DNA from: an uncultured Gemmatimonadota bacterium
GTDB lineage: Bacteria > JAAXHH01
NCBI GenBank assembly: GCA_951812955.1
Contig: OX638340.1
Location: forward strand, 864,001-928,000
Direction: 5' to 3'
Length of the DNA stretch: 64,000 bases
How positions within the stretch are numbered: position 1 is the first letter of the stretch; each line of letters begins with the position of its first letter. Positions 20,245 to 29,818 of this stretch are shown piece after piece. The notes under the pieces are model-generated. The model made no database searches, was not told the DNA's origin, and was given only the letters and a program-made list of their open reading frames with translations. A program made the position numbers and the translations under genes.

Positions 20245-20826
20245 TTACGGTGAAGTGACGCGGTCTGCGTAGGCCAGGACCGCGTCGATCATGTCCTGCG
20301 AGGCCGATTCGTTCACGACGGTGAAATCCGCCATGGCGATGGGACCGCCCTTCTCGATGTTTTCGATCTCGGCGTGGTCCCGCATCCGCGCCTCGTTCGC
20401 CGTGAGAGGCCGCATGCGGAAATGGGGGTCGGTCCGTGCGTCGTGCACGCGGTTTTCGAGGCGGGCGTAACGGATCTTCGGCGCGGAGGCGACGGCCACC
20501 ACGTGGACCCGGTCGCCGTAGGCTTCTTTCAGGATCTTGTGCTCCGACCAGGAATAGAGTCCGTCGATCACCACGTGGCCTTGTTTCAGGCCTTCTTCGA
20601 TGGCGGGCAGCGAAAGCGTCGCGAATGCGCCCATCCCGTGGTCGCGTCGCAAGCGTTCCCGCATCTCCTTTTCGTTCTCCGGATTCACTTCACGGCCTTC
20701 TTCCCTGAGCCGGTCTATCGTCACCTGGCCGAAACGGATATGGCGCCAGCCCCGGTCTACCAGGCATTCGGCGGCCGTCGACTTGCCCGATCCGGTCATG
20801 CCTACAATGGCGACGATGAAGTGCAT
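20245..20826 (-). CDS. P-loop nucleotide kinase-like protein (dephospho-CoA/adenylate-kinase-related)
   Basis: Walker A IVAIVGMTGSGKST at the N-terminus, about 193 aa. Start refined to MHFIVAIVG. Confidence 0.55.
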   Translation of the reverse strand: MHFIVAIVGMTGSGKSTAAECLVDRGWRHIRFGQVTIDRLREEGREVNPENEKEMRERLRRDHGMGAFATLSLPAIEEGLKQGHVVIDGLYSWSEHKILKEAYGDRVHVVAVASAPKIRYARLENRVHDARTDPHFRMRPLTANEARMRDHAEIENIEKGGPIAMADFTVVNESASQDMIDAVLAYADRVTSP

Positions 20827-21064
20827 TTCGAGTCCGGCCGTTTTCAGTGAAGGAGTCGGAAGCCGAGGAGTCCCGGGGATCGATCTTCCTCCCCGGTCCA
20901 TGTCAAAACCGGGCTGAATATACAGTTTTCTCGAGGTCCTGTCAAAGTGGATGTGCACGGGGTATATTGTCCTTGACGATGTACTCGCGGCCGGTTTGTA
21001 TTAAGACGCTTCTCTTCTTCTAATACACCGAAATTCCAGTGCATGGTGGCAACGGAGGAACAGC

Positions 21065-22465
21065 ATGGCTGAACAAGTACCGGAGCGCGTCGGAAGTCGA
21101 TTCCAGCTCGAGACCGAACTGTCTCGGGATCTCGGTCTGGTAGCGGCCACGACGATCATCGTCGGCGGCATCATCGGATCTGGTATATTCGGCGCGCCTG
21201 CGGGCATCGCGGCCGTGCTGGGATCACCGTCGCTGTTCCTCCTCGTCTGGGTGATCGGCGGCCTGCTCTGCTTCTCAGGCGCCCTGTGTTTCGCCGAACT
21301 GGGCGCAATGATGCCCCGCACGGGCGGGATCATCGTGTACCTGCGCGAGTCCTACCCGCCTTTCGTACCCTTCCTTTATGGTTGGACGGAGACCGCCGTG
21401 ATCTGTCCCGGCGCCCTGGCCGCCGTCTCCATGATCTGCACTTCGTACGTCGGTTACTTCATCCCGGAAATCTCGCTCGAGAACGTCCTTATTCAGGCCG
21501 GACCGCTCATGGTCTCGACGCAGCACCTGGCCATTTTCGCCGTCCTGGGGCTGCTGTGCGCCATAAACTGTGTAGGCGTGCGTTTCGGCGGCATCATTTC
21601 CAACCTTTCCACCTTCGCCAAGGTCGCGGCACTACTCGCACTGGTGTGCCTGGCCATGATTGTCGGTGGATCCGCGGAGAATTTCTCTACGCCGTCGGCC
21701 ACAGGCAGGGAAATGAGCCTCTTCGGCGCGCTGGGTACGGCCATGGTCGGCATCCTGTTCTCGTATAACGGCTGGTACAATACCAACAACGTCGCGGGCG
21801 AGGTGAAGGATCCGCGTCGGGTACTTCCACTGGCCATCATCATCGGCCTGAGCCTGTGCATGCTGGTCTACCTGGCGGTCAACTGGGCGTACCTTTACGT
21901 CATGAATATCGACGAAATCGCCCTGTCGAACCAGATTGCGGCCGAGGTTGCGGAAAGGCTGATCGGTCCGGTGGGCGGGTCGCTTACCTCGCTTGCGGTC
22001 ATCGTGGCCACCTTCGGAACGCTCAATGCCAACATCATCTACATGCCGCGTATCGCCTATGGCATGGCTCGCGAGCGCCTGTTCTTCAGCTGGTTCACCC
22101 GCGTCCATCCCAGGTTCCGCACGCCTTCGAGATCGATAACGACTTTGACCGTCCTTGGAATGGTCTGGAGCCTCGTCGGGAACTTCATGGAAATCGTCCT
22201 GGCCGTGATGTACGTGCTGTTCGTTTTCTACGTGCTGACCGTAATCGCCGTGTTCATCCTGCGCCGCAAGTATCCCGACGAGCCCCGGCCTTTCAAGGTG
22301 TGGGGCTATCCCGTCACGCCGCTGTTCTTTATCGTCGTATCCCTCGGATACATCGCATCGACGGTTCTTTTCAGTTTCAGCGAAGCGCTTCCGGGGATCA
22401 TCGTACTGCTCCTCGGAGTGCCTGTTTACCTGCTCTGGTTCCGCAGGCAGGTGATTCATGAATAG
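21065..22465 (+). CDS. APC-superfamily amino acid permease
   Basis: 466 aa with 12 predicted TM segments, a GSGIFGAP motif and a typical C-terminal PxxYRRxxP-like region. Confidence 0.85.
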   Translation: MAEQVPERVGSRFQLETELSRDLGLVAATTIIVGGIIGSGIFGAPAGIAAVLGSPSLFLLVWVIGGLLCFSGALCFAELGAMMPRTGGIIVYLRESYPPFVPFLYGWTETAVICPGALAAVSMICTSYVGYFIPEISLENVLIQAGPLMVSTQHLAIFAVLGLLCAINCVGVRFGGIISNLSTFAKVAALLALVCLAMIVGGSAENFSTPSATGREMSLFGALGTAMVGILFSYNGWYNTNNVAGEVKDPRRVLPLAIIIGLSLCMLVYLAVNWAYLYVMNIDEIALSNQIAAEVAERLIGPVGGSLTSLAVIVATFGTLNANIIYMPRIAYGMARERLFFSWFTRVHPRFRTPSRSITTLTVLGMVWSLVGNFMEIVLAVMYVLFVFYVLTVIAVFILRRKYPDEPRPFKVWGYPVTPLFFIVVSLGYIASTVLFSFSEALPGIIVLLLGVPVYLLWFRRQVIHE

Positions 22466-22495
22466 CCATCAGATTCAGGAGTAGAGGAGTTTCAG

Positions 22496-24073
22496 ATGCC
22501 CAGTATGAACGGCGGCGAAGCACTGGTCAGGTCGCTGCATTCACATGGCGTGGAAGTCGTTTTCGGCCTTCCGGGCGCCGGTCAGTATGAAGCCATCGAC
22601 GCGATCTACAGGCAGGAAGGCATGCGGTACATCACGACACGCAACGAACAGGCGATCAGCTACATGGCCGACGGATACGCGCGCGTGAGCGGCAAGCCGG
22701 GCGTGGGTATCGCGGTTGAAGGGCCCGGGTTCTTTAACACGACGGCCGGACTGGCCACCGCCTTTGCGCAGTCGTCGCCCGTTCTGCTCATCACGGGAGA
22801 CCATCACGGCGTGTCCGTACCCGGCCGTTCCAGTCACGACAGCCTGGGAGAGTATGGAGCCTATTCGAAATGGGCGGGGCGGGCCGACACCCCGGCGGAC
22901 ATCCCCGGCCTGGTGCGGGAAGCATTCAGGCACCTGAACACGCCGCGTAAGCGCCCGGTCATCCTCGAGATAGGCCCCAATGTATTCCGGGCCGAAGCGG
23001 CGGTGGACTTTCCGGAAGCCGAGACCCATTCACCCGCGGCGGGCGATTCGGGACAATTGGATCGCGCGGCCAGGCTGCTTGCGGAATCGAAACGGCCGCT
23101 GATCTGGGTCGGCGCCGGAGCGTCCGAAGGCGCGCCGCTGGTCAGGAAGATCGCGGAACACCTGGGCAGTCCGGTCGTCAGCAGCCGCAGCGGCAAGGGC
23201 ATCCTTTCGGCGCGGCATCCCCTTTCGCTTGGGATGTTCGAGGCGCGCTTCAAGCCGCTTAAAGACCGCGTGGACGAATGCGACGTGATCCTGGCCGTGG
23301 GCACGGCGACCGACATGAGCGGACGCCTGGGTGCGCAGACGGTGATCCGGATCGATGACGATCCCGACGAAATCGGCCGGGACGGTGCCCATACGCTCGG
23401 TATCCAGGGTGACGCCACGATGAGCATGGAGGTCCTGTACCATAGCCTGTCGGGCCTGTGCGATCCCAGGGCCAACGTCACCGAGGACATCCAGGCGGTC
23501 AATACCCACCGGTTCGGTCCCGGGGAACAGCTCCAGCCCCAGGGCGCTTTCATGGACGCCATGCGGGCGGCCATCCCGGACGACGGGATCCTCGTGGGCG
23601 GGATGAACCAGATGGGGTATTACAGCCGGAATTACTACCACTCCTATTCGCCCCGTGGATACCAGACTTCCTCGCATCACGGCACGCTGGGCAGCGTGTT
23701 TCCCGTGGGCATCGGTCTCAAGATCGGGCGGCCCGACCGCGCGGTCGTCGTAGTTTCCGGCGACGGGGGCATCCTATACAACCTCCAGGAACTCGCCACG
23801 GCCGTGAAATACGGCGTAAACGTCGTGACCATCGTCTTCAACGACAACGCCTACGGCAACGTATGGCGGGCCCAGGTAGAGGAATTCGATGGCCATGTCA
23901 TCGGCACCGAACTCCACAATCCCGATTTCGTCAAACTGGCCGAAGCCTATGGGGCAAGTGGCGTGCTCGCGGAGGACGCCGCGCAGTTGGAAGCGGCAGT
24001 CAGCGAAGCCGTATCGGCGGACACCCCCACGGTGATCGAGGTGCCGGTCGGCCCCTGGGAGAGAAGGTACTAG
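22496..24073 (+). CDS. Thiamine-pyrophosphate enzyme (acetolactate-synthase-like / 2-ketoacid decarboxylase family)
   Basis: 525 aa. N-terminal Pyr domain (FGLPGAGQYEAIDA), and a C-terminal GDGG-like TPP-binding motif (VVSGDGGILYNLQELATA...NNAYGN). Confidence 0.85.
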   Translation: MPSMNGGEALVRSLHSHGVEVVFGLPGAGQYEAIDAIYRQEGMRYITTRNEQAISYMADGYARVSGKPGVGIAVEGPGFFNTTAGLATAFAQSSPVLLITGDHHGVSVPGRSSHDSLGEYGAYSKWAGRADTPADIPGLVREAFRHLNTPRKRPVILEIGPNVFRAEAAVDFPEAETHSPAAGDSGQLDRAARLLAESKRPLIWVGAGASEGAPLVRKIAEHLGSPVVSSRSGKGILSARHPLSLGMFEARFKPLKDRVDECDVILAVGTATDMSGRLGAQTVIRIDDDPDEIGRDGAHTLGIQGDATMSMEVLYHSLSGLCDPRANVTEDIQAVNTHRFGPGEQLQPQGAFMDAMRAAIPDDGILVGGMNQMGYYSRNYYHSYSPRGYQTSSHHGTLGSVFPVGIGLKIGRPDRAVVVVSGDGGILYNLQELATAVKYGVNVVTIVFNDNAYGNVWRAQVEEFDGHVIGTELHNPDFVKLAEAYGASGVLAEDAAQLEAAVSEAVSADTPTVIEVPVGPWERRY

Positions 24074-24097
24074 CCGGGGCTGCCGTGTACGTCGAGA

Positions 24098-24157
24098 ATT
24101 GCCGGATCAGGACCGGGAGATCGGGAATAGCCGGATCAGGACCGGGAGATCGGTGGA
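24098..24157. repeat. 30-bp x2 tandem repeat (AT(T/A)GCCGGATCAGGACCGGGAGATCGG) between convergent genes
   Basis: Two near-identical adjacent copies at 24098-24127 and 24127-24157. Confidence 0.65.
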
Positions 24158-24259
24158 AAGCATCTGCCGTACTGCCGGGCGTTGCAATCGGCTGGACGGG
24201 ACGGGGCAGGCGGCCTGATCCCGTTCGCGGGGTTAACTCCGGACAACTCATAGCGCCCC

Positions 24260-25102
24260 TCAGCCGGGACACTTCCAATTCAGGTCGCATCCCGCTTTTT
24301 CCAGGATACGAACGCCTTCATTCCGGAACTGGTCTATGTTGCCTACGCCGTGCGAGTCGTCTCCGGGCACCACGGCGATACCCATTTTCAAGGCCTGCTC
24401 GAGTACCGGTCCGGAAATGTAGGGTTCGGACTGGCCTTTTTTAAGTGCGGCCAGGTTGAAGTCCATGATTGACCCGAGATCCCGGATCGCTTCCAGGTTG
24501 CGTACGACCCGGTCCCACACGAAGGGTTTGACGAGGCGCGTCCTGTAATCGGGGTCGAAGATGCGAACCAGGTCGAAGTGGCCTATAACCTCGGGCGAGA
24601 GTGTCGCGATCACTTCGTACTGCCGGTCGAAATAGGCGCAGTACAACTCGTCCACGCCCCCTGCAACTTCGGCGGCGGCCCGGTACCATTCCGGCGAACC
24701 ATCGAACAACTCGTCGTTGACATGATGGACGGAGCCCACGATGTAGTCGGGCTCGAACTTCTTCCTCGCCTCGGGCACCCAGTGCTCGTACCCGCTGTAC
24801 GCCTCCGTTTCGAAAGCCACCAGGATCCTGATTTCCGAAGCATACTTGTCCCTGAGACTGCGGCAGACCGACATGTAGTCGTTAAACCTCGCCTGTTGAT
24901 CGGCGGCGTTCAACCCGGCGGCAAGCTCATCGGGGTAGCTCTGTTCATCCCGCTCCGGCGGCATGTGTTCGGTAATGCCCACCCAGGTGTATCCATGGGC
25001 TATGTACGCCTGGATAATGGCATCCAGCGAGTCTTCGGCGTGACAGCAGAACTGCCCGCTGTGGCCGCCGTGGACCGAGACGCGTTCAGGAGATGCGTCC
25101 AT
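24260..25102 (-). CDS. Histidinol-phosphatase, HisJ/PHP-domain family
   Basis: SVHGGHSGQFCCHAEDSLDAI PHP motif, about 280 aa. Start at MDASPERV, which has an AAAGGA Shine-Dalgarno. Confidence 0.75.
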   Translation of the reverse strand: MDASPERVSVHGGHSGQFCCHAEDSLDAIIQAYIAHGYTWVGITEHMPPERDEQSYPDELAAGLNAADQQARFNDYMSVCRSLRDKYASEIRILVAFETEAYSGYEHWVPEARKKFEPDYIVGSVHHVNDELFDGSPEWYRAAAEVAGGVDELYCAYFDRQYEVIATLSPEVIGHFDLVRIFDPDYRTRLVKPFVWDRVVRNLEAIRDLGSIMDFNLAALKKGQSEPYISGPVLEQALKMGIAVVPGDDSHGVGNIDQFRNEGVRILEKAGCDLNWKCPG

Positions 25103-25168
25103 GCCCGTCCTTTCTTCGATGTCAAAGTTGATCAATACAGTGGCCGGCAGCCGGGTTGCGTGGGAGAA

Positions 25169-26023
25169 CTATGCGATCCCCGCGGAGGTCCATGCCCGGT
25201 GCATGGCTTCCGAAGTCACCCTCAGGGCATCCTGCGGGGGCAGGGCGTTCACCCGAGCGCTGAAGGGTTCCGCCGTGACCGGTCCATCATACGCCATGTC
25301 GCGCAGCACCCCGAGGAACCGGGATATGTCGAGGACGCCGGTCTCGCCGGGCAGGCACCGTTCGTGGTCGATCTGCTCGTCGATGGGGATCCCGGCCGGC
25401 GCGTCGTTGACATGTACGTTGACCACGTCGTGATTGCCCAGTTTCGCCAGGTCTTCCCAGGTCCCGTGAGACGTATACCAGTGCCACAGGTCCAGCAGAA
25501 GCCCCACATTCGGCCCCAGGTCCCGGCATAGCGCCAACATGCCGTCCATGGTGCATATGAACTCGTGCTTCCTGTTCCTGCGCAGCGTTGCTGGGCCGAT
25601 AAATTCCAGCCCGAACCGGCAATCGTGCTCCCCGAGGATCTCGGCCACGGGTTTCAGCCGTTCGACATGGAAGGCGTAGTTCGAGTCGAAATCCCGTTCA
25701 TCCGAATACGGCATCACCACGGTGGTCGTCCGAAAGGCGCCGATCTCCCTTGCCATGGAGGCGTAAGTCCGTAGCGCGGACAGTTCTTCCGTCCACTTGC
25801 TCCGCGCGCCGTGCCATTCGATCGGCAATCCCCAGTTCCCGGGTCGCTGGCCAGCCCCATCGAAGCGTTCCTTTACCTCCTCGAGCGAGGAACGCCGGAC
25901 CAGTTCGGCCACACCCGGCATGTCCAGATCGACGCCGTCGAAGCCGTACCGCACCGCCATTCCCTGCGTTTCGGAAAGGGAAGCGCGTATGCCAATCATG
26001 GCTGGATTCAGGTTCTTGAACAT
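25169..26023 (-). CDS. Sugar phosphate isomerase/epimerase (xylose-isomerase-like TIM barrel)
   Basis: About 284 aa with the EFIGP...DLWHW...VHVND motifs of the AP-endonuclease-2/XI-like TIM-barrel family. Confidence 0.65.
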   Translation of the reverse strand: MFKNLNPAMIGIRASLSETQGMAVRYGFDGVDLDMPGVAELVRRSSLEEVKERFDGAGQRPGNWGLPIEWHGARSKWTEELSALRTYASMAREIGAFRTTTVVMPYSDERDFDSNYAFHVERLKPVAEILGEHDCRFGLEFIGPATLRRNRKHEFICTMDGMLALCRDLGPNVGLLLDLWHWYTSHGTWEDLAKLGNHDVVNVHVNDAPAGIPIDEQIDHERCLPGETGVLDISRFLGVLRDMAYDGPVTAEPFSARVNALPPQDALRVTSEAMHRAWTSAGIA

Positions 26024-26125
26024 AAGAAAACCCGCACGAGGCGGGAATGGTAACGGGGTAAAGGGTGTGGTCTGGAGGCGTACTCCCTGTCGCGGTCTCG
26101 CGTTCGAGGCGGCCCGCACCGGGTC

Positions 26126-27358
26126 TCATCCGGTCTTGACGCGCTGAAATCGCTTCTTGCCGGCTCTCAGTAGCAGGACGCCTTCCTCGTCGAGATCACC
26201 AGTCCCGAGCATACGGTCGATTGCTGCCACCCGCTCGCCGTTGACGGACGCGCCGCCCTGCTCGATCAGCCTGCGCACTTCACTCTTGCTCCTGCCCAAC
26301 TCGGCTTCCACGAACAGATCGACCACGTTGATGCCGGCTTCCAGCCGTCCCCGGCCGATCTCCACGGTGGGTACATCCTCTCCCCCTGCCTGTGCGCCGC
26401 CGAATACGTTCCTTGCGCCGCGCTCCGCCTGGACCGCCGCTTCCTCGCCGTGGGTGGTCTTCGTCGCTTCGAAGGCCAGGACGGACTTGGCATGGCGGAT
26501 CTTCTCGCCCTTCAGGCCGCCGAGTTCCCGCACCTGATCCATGGGCAGGAAGGTAAAATGGCCCAGGAGTCCTTCCACGTCCCGGTCGTCCACGTTGATC
26601 CAGAACTGGTAGAAGTCGTAGGGCGAGGTCATACCGGGATCGAGCCACACGGCACCTTCGGCCGTCTTCCCCATCTTCTTGCCGTCCGAAAGGGTCAACA
26701 GGGGCGTGGTAACCGCCTGGGCAGCCTCCCGCTCTTTGCGCCGGATCAGGTCCACGCCGGCCACGATGTTCCCCCACTGGTCGTCGCCCCCGAACTGCAT
26801 CGTGCAGCCGTACTCGCGGAACAGCATGAGGAAGTCGTAGGCCTGGAGGATCTGGTAATTGAATTCCAGGAAGGTCAGTCCCGTTTCCATGCGGGTCTTG
26901 TAGGCTTCGGCCGTCAGCATGCGGTTCACGCTGAAATGCTCGCCGATCTCCCGCAGAAACGTGATGTAGTTCAATCTGCGCAGCCAGTCGGCGTTATTCA
27001 CCATCAACGCCCGGCCGCCGTCAAAGTCGAGGTAGCTGCTTAGTTGCTTCTTGATCCGGGTGATGTTCTGATCGATGGCGCCGGTCGTGAGTTGAGGACG
27101 GAGGGCGTCCTTGCCGCTCGGGTCGGGAATCATCGCCGTACCGCCACCCACGAGGGCGATGGGTCTGTGTCCACCGCGCTGCACGTGGGCCAGCATCATA
27201 ATCTGTACCAGGTTGCCGATGTGCAGGCTTTTCCCCGTAGGATCGAAACCGATATAGCAGGTGACGGGTCCTTCGTCGAAAGCCCTGGCCACGGCCTCTT
27301 CGTTCGTGACCTGCGAGACGAATCCCCGTTCTTTCAATACCTCGAATGCGCTGGGCAT
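26126..27358 (-). CDS. tyrS: Tyrosine--tRNA ligase
   Basis: A HIGH-type motif (SLHIGNL), a KMSKS-type motif (KKMGKTA), and a C-terminal S4-like domain. 410 aa. Confidence 0.9.
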   Translation of the reverse strand: MPSAFEVLKERGFVSQVTNEEAVARAFDEGPVTCYIGFDPTGKSLHIGNLVQIMMLAHVQRGGHRPIALVGGGTAMIPDPSGKDALRPQLTTGAIDQNITRIKKQLSSYLDFDGGRALMVNNADWLRRLNYITFLREIGEHFSVNRMLTAEAYKTRMETGLTFLEFNYQILQAYDFLMLFREYGCTMQFGGDDQWGNIVAGVDLIRRKEREAAQAVTTPLLTLSDGKKMGKTAEGAVWLDPGMTSPYDFYQFWINVDDRDVEGLLGHFTFLPMDQVRELGGLKGEKIRHAKSVLAFEATKTTHGEEAAVQAERGARNVFGGAQAGGEDVPTVEIGRGRLEAGINVVDLFVEAELGRSKSEVRRLIEQGGASVNGERVAAIDRMLGTGDLDEEGVLLLRAGKKRFQRVKTG

Positions 27359-27374
27359 GCTGGGTTCTTCCGGA

Positions 27375-28349
27375 TTACAGGGACACGGACCGTCCCGTCC
27401 TCGATGATTCGTAGATGGCGAGGATCAGCGCGAGAGACTTCTTGGCCTCCTCGCCCGTTATGCGGGGCGTACCGCCGTGGCGGACCAGCCGGATCATATC
27501 CTCGATCACGTTTGCGGGCCCGTCGTAGGAAAAGGGATCGTCGATGGATTCGTCCGGTATGTGCCAGGTAGCCAGCTTGTTGCCGGCAGTGATGACCAAT
27601 CCATCGGTGCCATGCAGTTCCACGCCGGCCGGGATGGTAACCGGACAGGTCGTCGTCCCAAGGATGGTTCCGACGGCTCCGCTCTTAAAGCGGATCATGG
27701 CCATGCCGAGGTCCTCGGACTCGATGTCGTGGTTGAACACCCCGATCTGTCCCTGGACGCTTTCGATCGGCCCCATGTACCAGACCAGCAGATCGATCTG
27801 GTGGACGGACTGGTTGATCAGCGAGCCGCCGCCGTCCAGTTTCCAGGTCCCGTGCCAGCCCTTGTAGTAATCGTCGTTCCGGAACCACTTGAGCCGGACC
27901 TCGCCCAGGATCATTCTGCCGAGACGGCCCTCGTCCACGGCCCGCTTGACCCGGACGTTATCGGCCATGTACCGCGCTTCGAAGTCTATGGAGAGGATTA
28001 CGCCGGCGTCCCGGCAGGCCTCGATCATACGGTCCGCACGTTCCAGGTTCACATCGATCGGCTTCGTGGTAATCACGTGCTTGCCGGCCTGCGCGGCCTC
28101 CAGGGCGAAATCGGCGTGCGTACCGCTCGGGGTCATGACGTTGATGACGTCGATGTCGTCGCGATCGAGCAGGCGCCTGTAGTCCTCGTACCAGTCGACG
28201 CCATAGTCTGAAGCCGCCTTCCGACCTCTTTCTTCGTCCAGTTCGGCCACCGCCACGAGCCTGGCGCCGTCCGTCTCATGAATGCAACGGGCGCGCACGT
28301 TGCCCATACCAAGTCCAATCACGCCGAACCCGACGGTATCGGTGCTCAA
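27375..28349 (-). CDS. Gfo/Idh/MocA family oxidoreductase
   Basis: FGVIGLGMGNVRAR Rossmann N-terminus, 324 aa. Confidence 0.8.
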   Translation of the reverse strand: MSTDTVGFGVIGLGMGNVRARCIHETDGARLVAVAELDEERGRKAASDYGVDWYEDYRRLLDRDDIDVINVMTPSGTHADFALEAAQAGKHVITTKPIDVNLERADRMIEACRDAGVILSIDFEARYMADNVRVKRAVDEGRLGRMILGEVRLKWFRNDDYYKGWHGTWKLDGGGSLINQSVHQIDLLVWYMGPIESVQGQIGVFNHDIESEDLGMAMIRFKSGAVGTILGTTTCPVTIPAGVELHGTDGLVITAGNKLATWHIPDESIDDPFSYDGPANVIEDMIRLVRHGGTPRITGEEAKKSLALILAIYESSRTGRSVSL

Positions 28350-28437
28350 GTAGATCTCCTCATCATTTTATTGGGAAATTCAGGTTCGATTCGGACCGGA
28401 ATCAGGCCCACCGGACCGTCGTGCGATGCAACGCCAC

Positions 28438-28785
28438 TCATTCTTCGAACCGGCCCGATCCTACGGTCAGGAACTCGCCCGCCAGCAATTCGCGAAGGAT
28501 CTCAACCTTGTCTCCCGTGCGCCGGTGCAGGTCCGACAGGACCTCCTCCCCGGCAAGCTCGTCGACGCAGCCGACGTGCTCCACGTATTCTGCCACGAGA
28601 TCCTCGTTCCATTCTCCATCGATATTGGCGGTAACATAGACCGAAAAGGTTTTGATCGGCATGGGATACTCATCCGGGATCATCACCTGTACATCACGAA
28701 TCACTTCATTCACTCGAATCGACTGAACGCTTTTGTCCTTCAACTCACTAATCATATCGTTGAGATCGGTGAATGTAAGCTTCAT
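28438..28785 (-). CDS. Small acidic hypothetical protein (116 aa) with lower GC than its neighbours
   Basis: Good GAGGAG Shine-Dalgarno before the ATG at 28785. No recognizable motif. GC is visibly lower (about 50%) than the flanks. Confidence 0.4.
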   Translation of the reverse strand: MKLTFTDLNDMISELKDKSVQSIRVNEVIRDVQVMIPDEYPMPIKTFSVYVTANIDGEWNEDLVAEYVEHVGCVDELAGEEVLSDLHRRTGDKVEILRELLAGEFLTVGSGRFEE

Positions 28786-29186
28786 GGGTAGGCTCCTCTC
28801 CGGCCACGGGCCGTATACCTGCAGATCGGTATGACAGCACAAGAATGAAGGTCGCTACGCGGGCGGTCCCGCTCAACGAATTGCGGCCCGAAAATTCGGG
28901 AATTCCTTTCGTGGCATTTATCTGTTCTAAGGCTACGCCGAGGGGGCGGGGATGTCAAGCGGTTTTTGGCTGGTATACGCACGGATTTCCACGGCCCCGC
29001 ACACCCTCCGGACAGCCTCCCCGATCCGTTCGCGAAACAATGAATTGCGACGAGTCCGTCCTTGACACGGCCGCCGGGGTTTCCTACTTTGGCTACGGTT
29101 GTATACTGGAGTAACTGGCGTAAGTTAGCGCACGCACAATGACTGTTTTAGACAATCCGAGGGCACGTAGCGGAAGGGAGAACTCC

Positions 29187-29774
29187 ATGCTGGATGAAAT
29201 CCTCGCCCAGGAATATCCGAAGACAGAAAAGCTGAAAAACGGCGCGAAGGTTACGATCCGCCCGCTGGAGTCGAACGACGTGGAAGCGCTCTATGTGTTT
29301 TTTCAGTCGATTCCGCGCAAGGATCGGATCTTCCTGAAGGACGATATACGGGACAAAAGCATCATCGAGGGCTGGTGCAGTTCAATTGACTGGGACATTG
29401 TCATACCGATCGTGGCGATCGTGGACGGTGAAATCGTTGCCGAGGTTTCGCTGCATCGCGAGCGCCGCGGCTGGAAGAGCCATATCGGGAAACTGCGCCT
29501 GGTCGTTCACCCCGAATACCGCCGCCAGGGCCTGGCGGTCGAGATGGTAAACGAGGTGATCTCCGTCGCCCTTCACACCGGTTCCATCGAGCAGCTCAAT
29601 GCCGAATGCATGGTGGATGCCCAACGTGGCGCGATCCTGCTGCTGCAACTGGTCGGTTTCGTGCAGCGCGCCCTCCTGCCCGACCAGGTCCGCGACATCG
29701 AGGGCAGCCTGCATGACCTGGCCCTGCTGTCCTATACCCTCCGAGATCAGGAAGACTTCCCGGCGCTCGACTAG
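29187..29774 (+). CDS. GNAT-family N-acetyltransferase
   Basis: About 195 aa with the acetyl-CoA-binding motif RRQGLAVEMVNEV (Q/RxxGxA/G). Start at MLDEIL, preceded by GGAAGGGAG. Confidence 0.75.
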   Translation: MLDEILAQEYPKTEKLKNGAKVTIRPLESNDVEALYVFFQSIPRKDRIFLKDDIRDKSIIEGWCSSIDWDIVIPIVAIVDGEIVAEVSLHRERRGWKSHIGKLRLVVHPEYRRQGLAVEMVNEVISVALHTGSIEQLNAECMVDAQRGAILLLQLVGFVQRALLPDQVRDIEGSLHDLALLSYTLRDQEDFPALD

Positions 29775-29818
29775 CGCTCTTCCGGCTCTGGACCGGCGCC
29801 GGCCGATTCCCGTACATC

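Noticed and set aside
28845-29114. An 89-aa ORF in the long GNAT-upstream spacer
   Set aside because: No Shine-Dalgarno, Cys/Arg/Pro-rich low-complexity composition, and it overlaps a plausible promoter. It is more likely non-coding.
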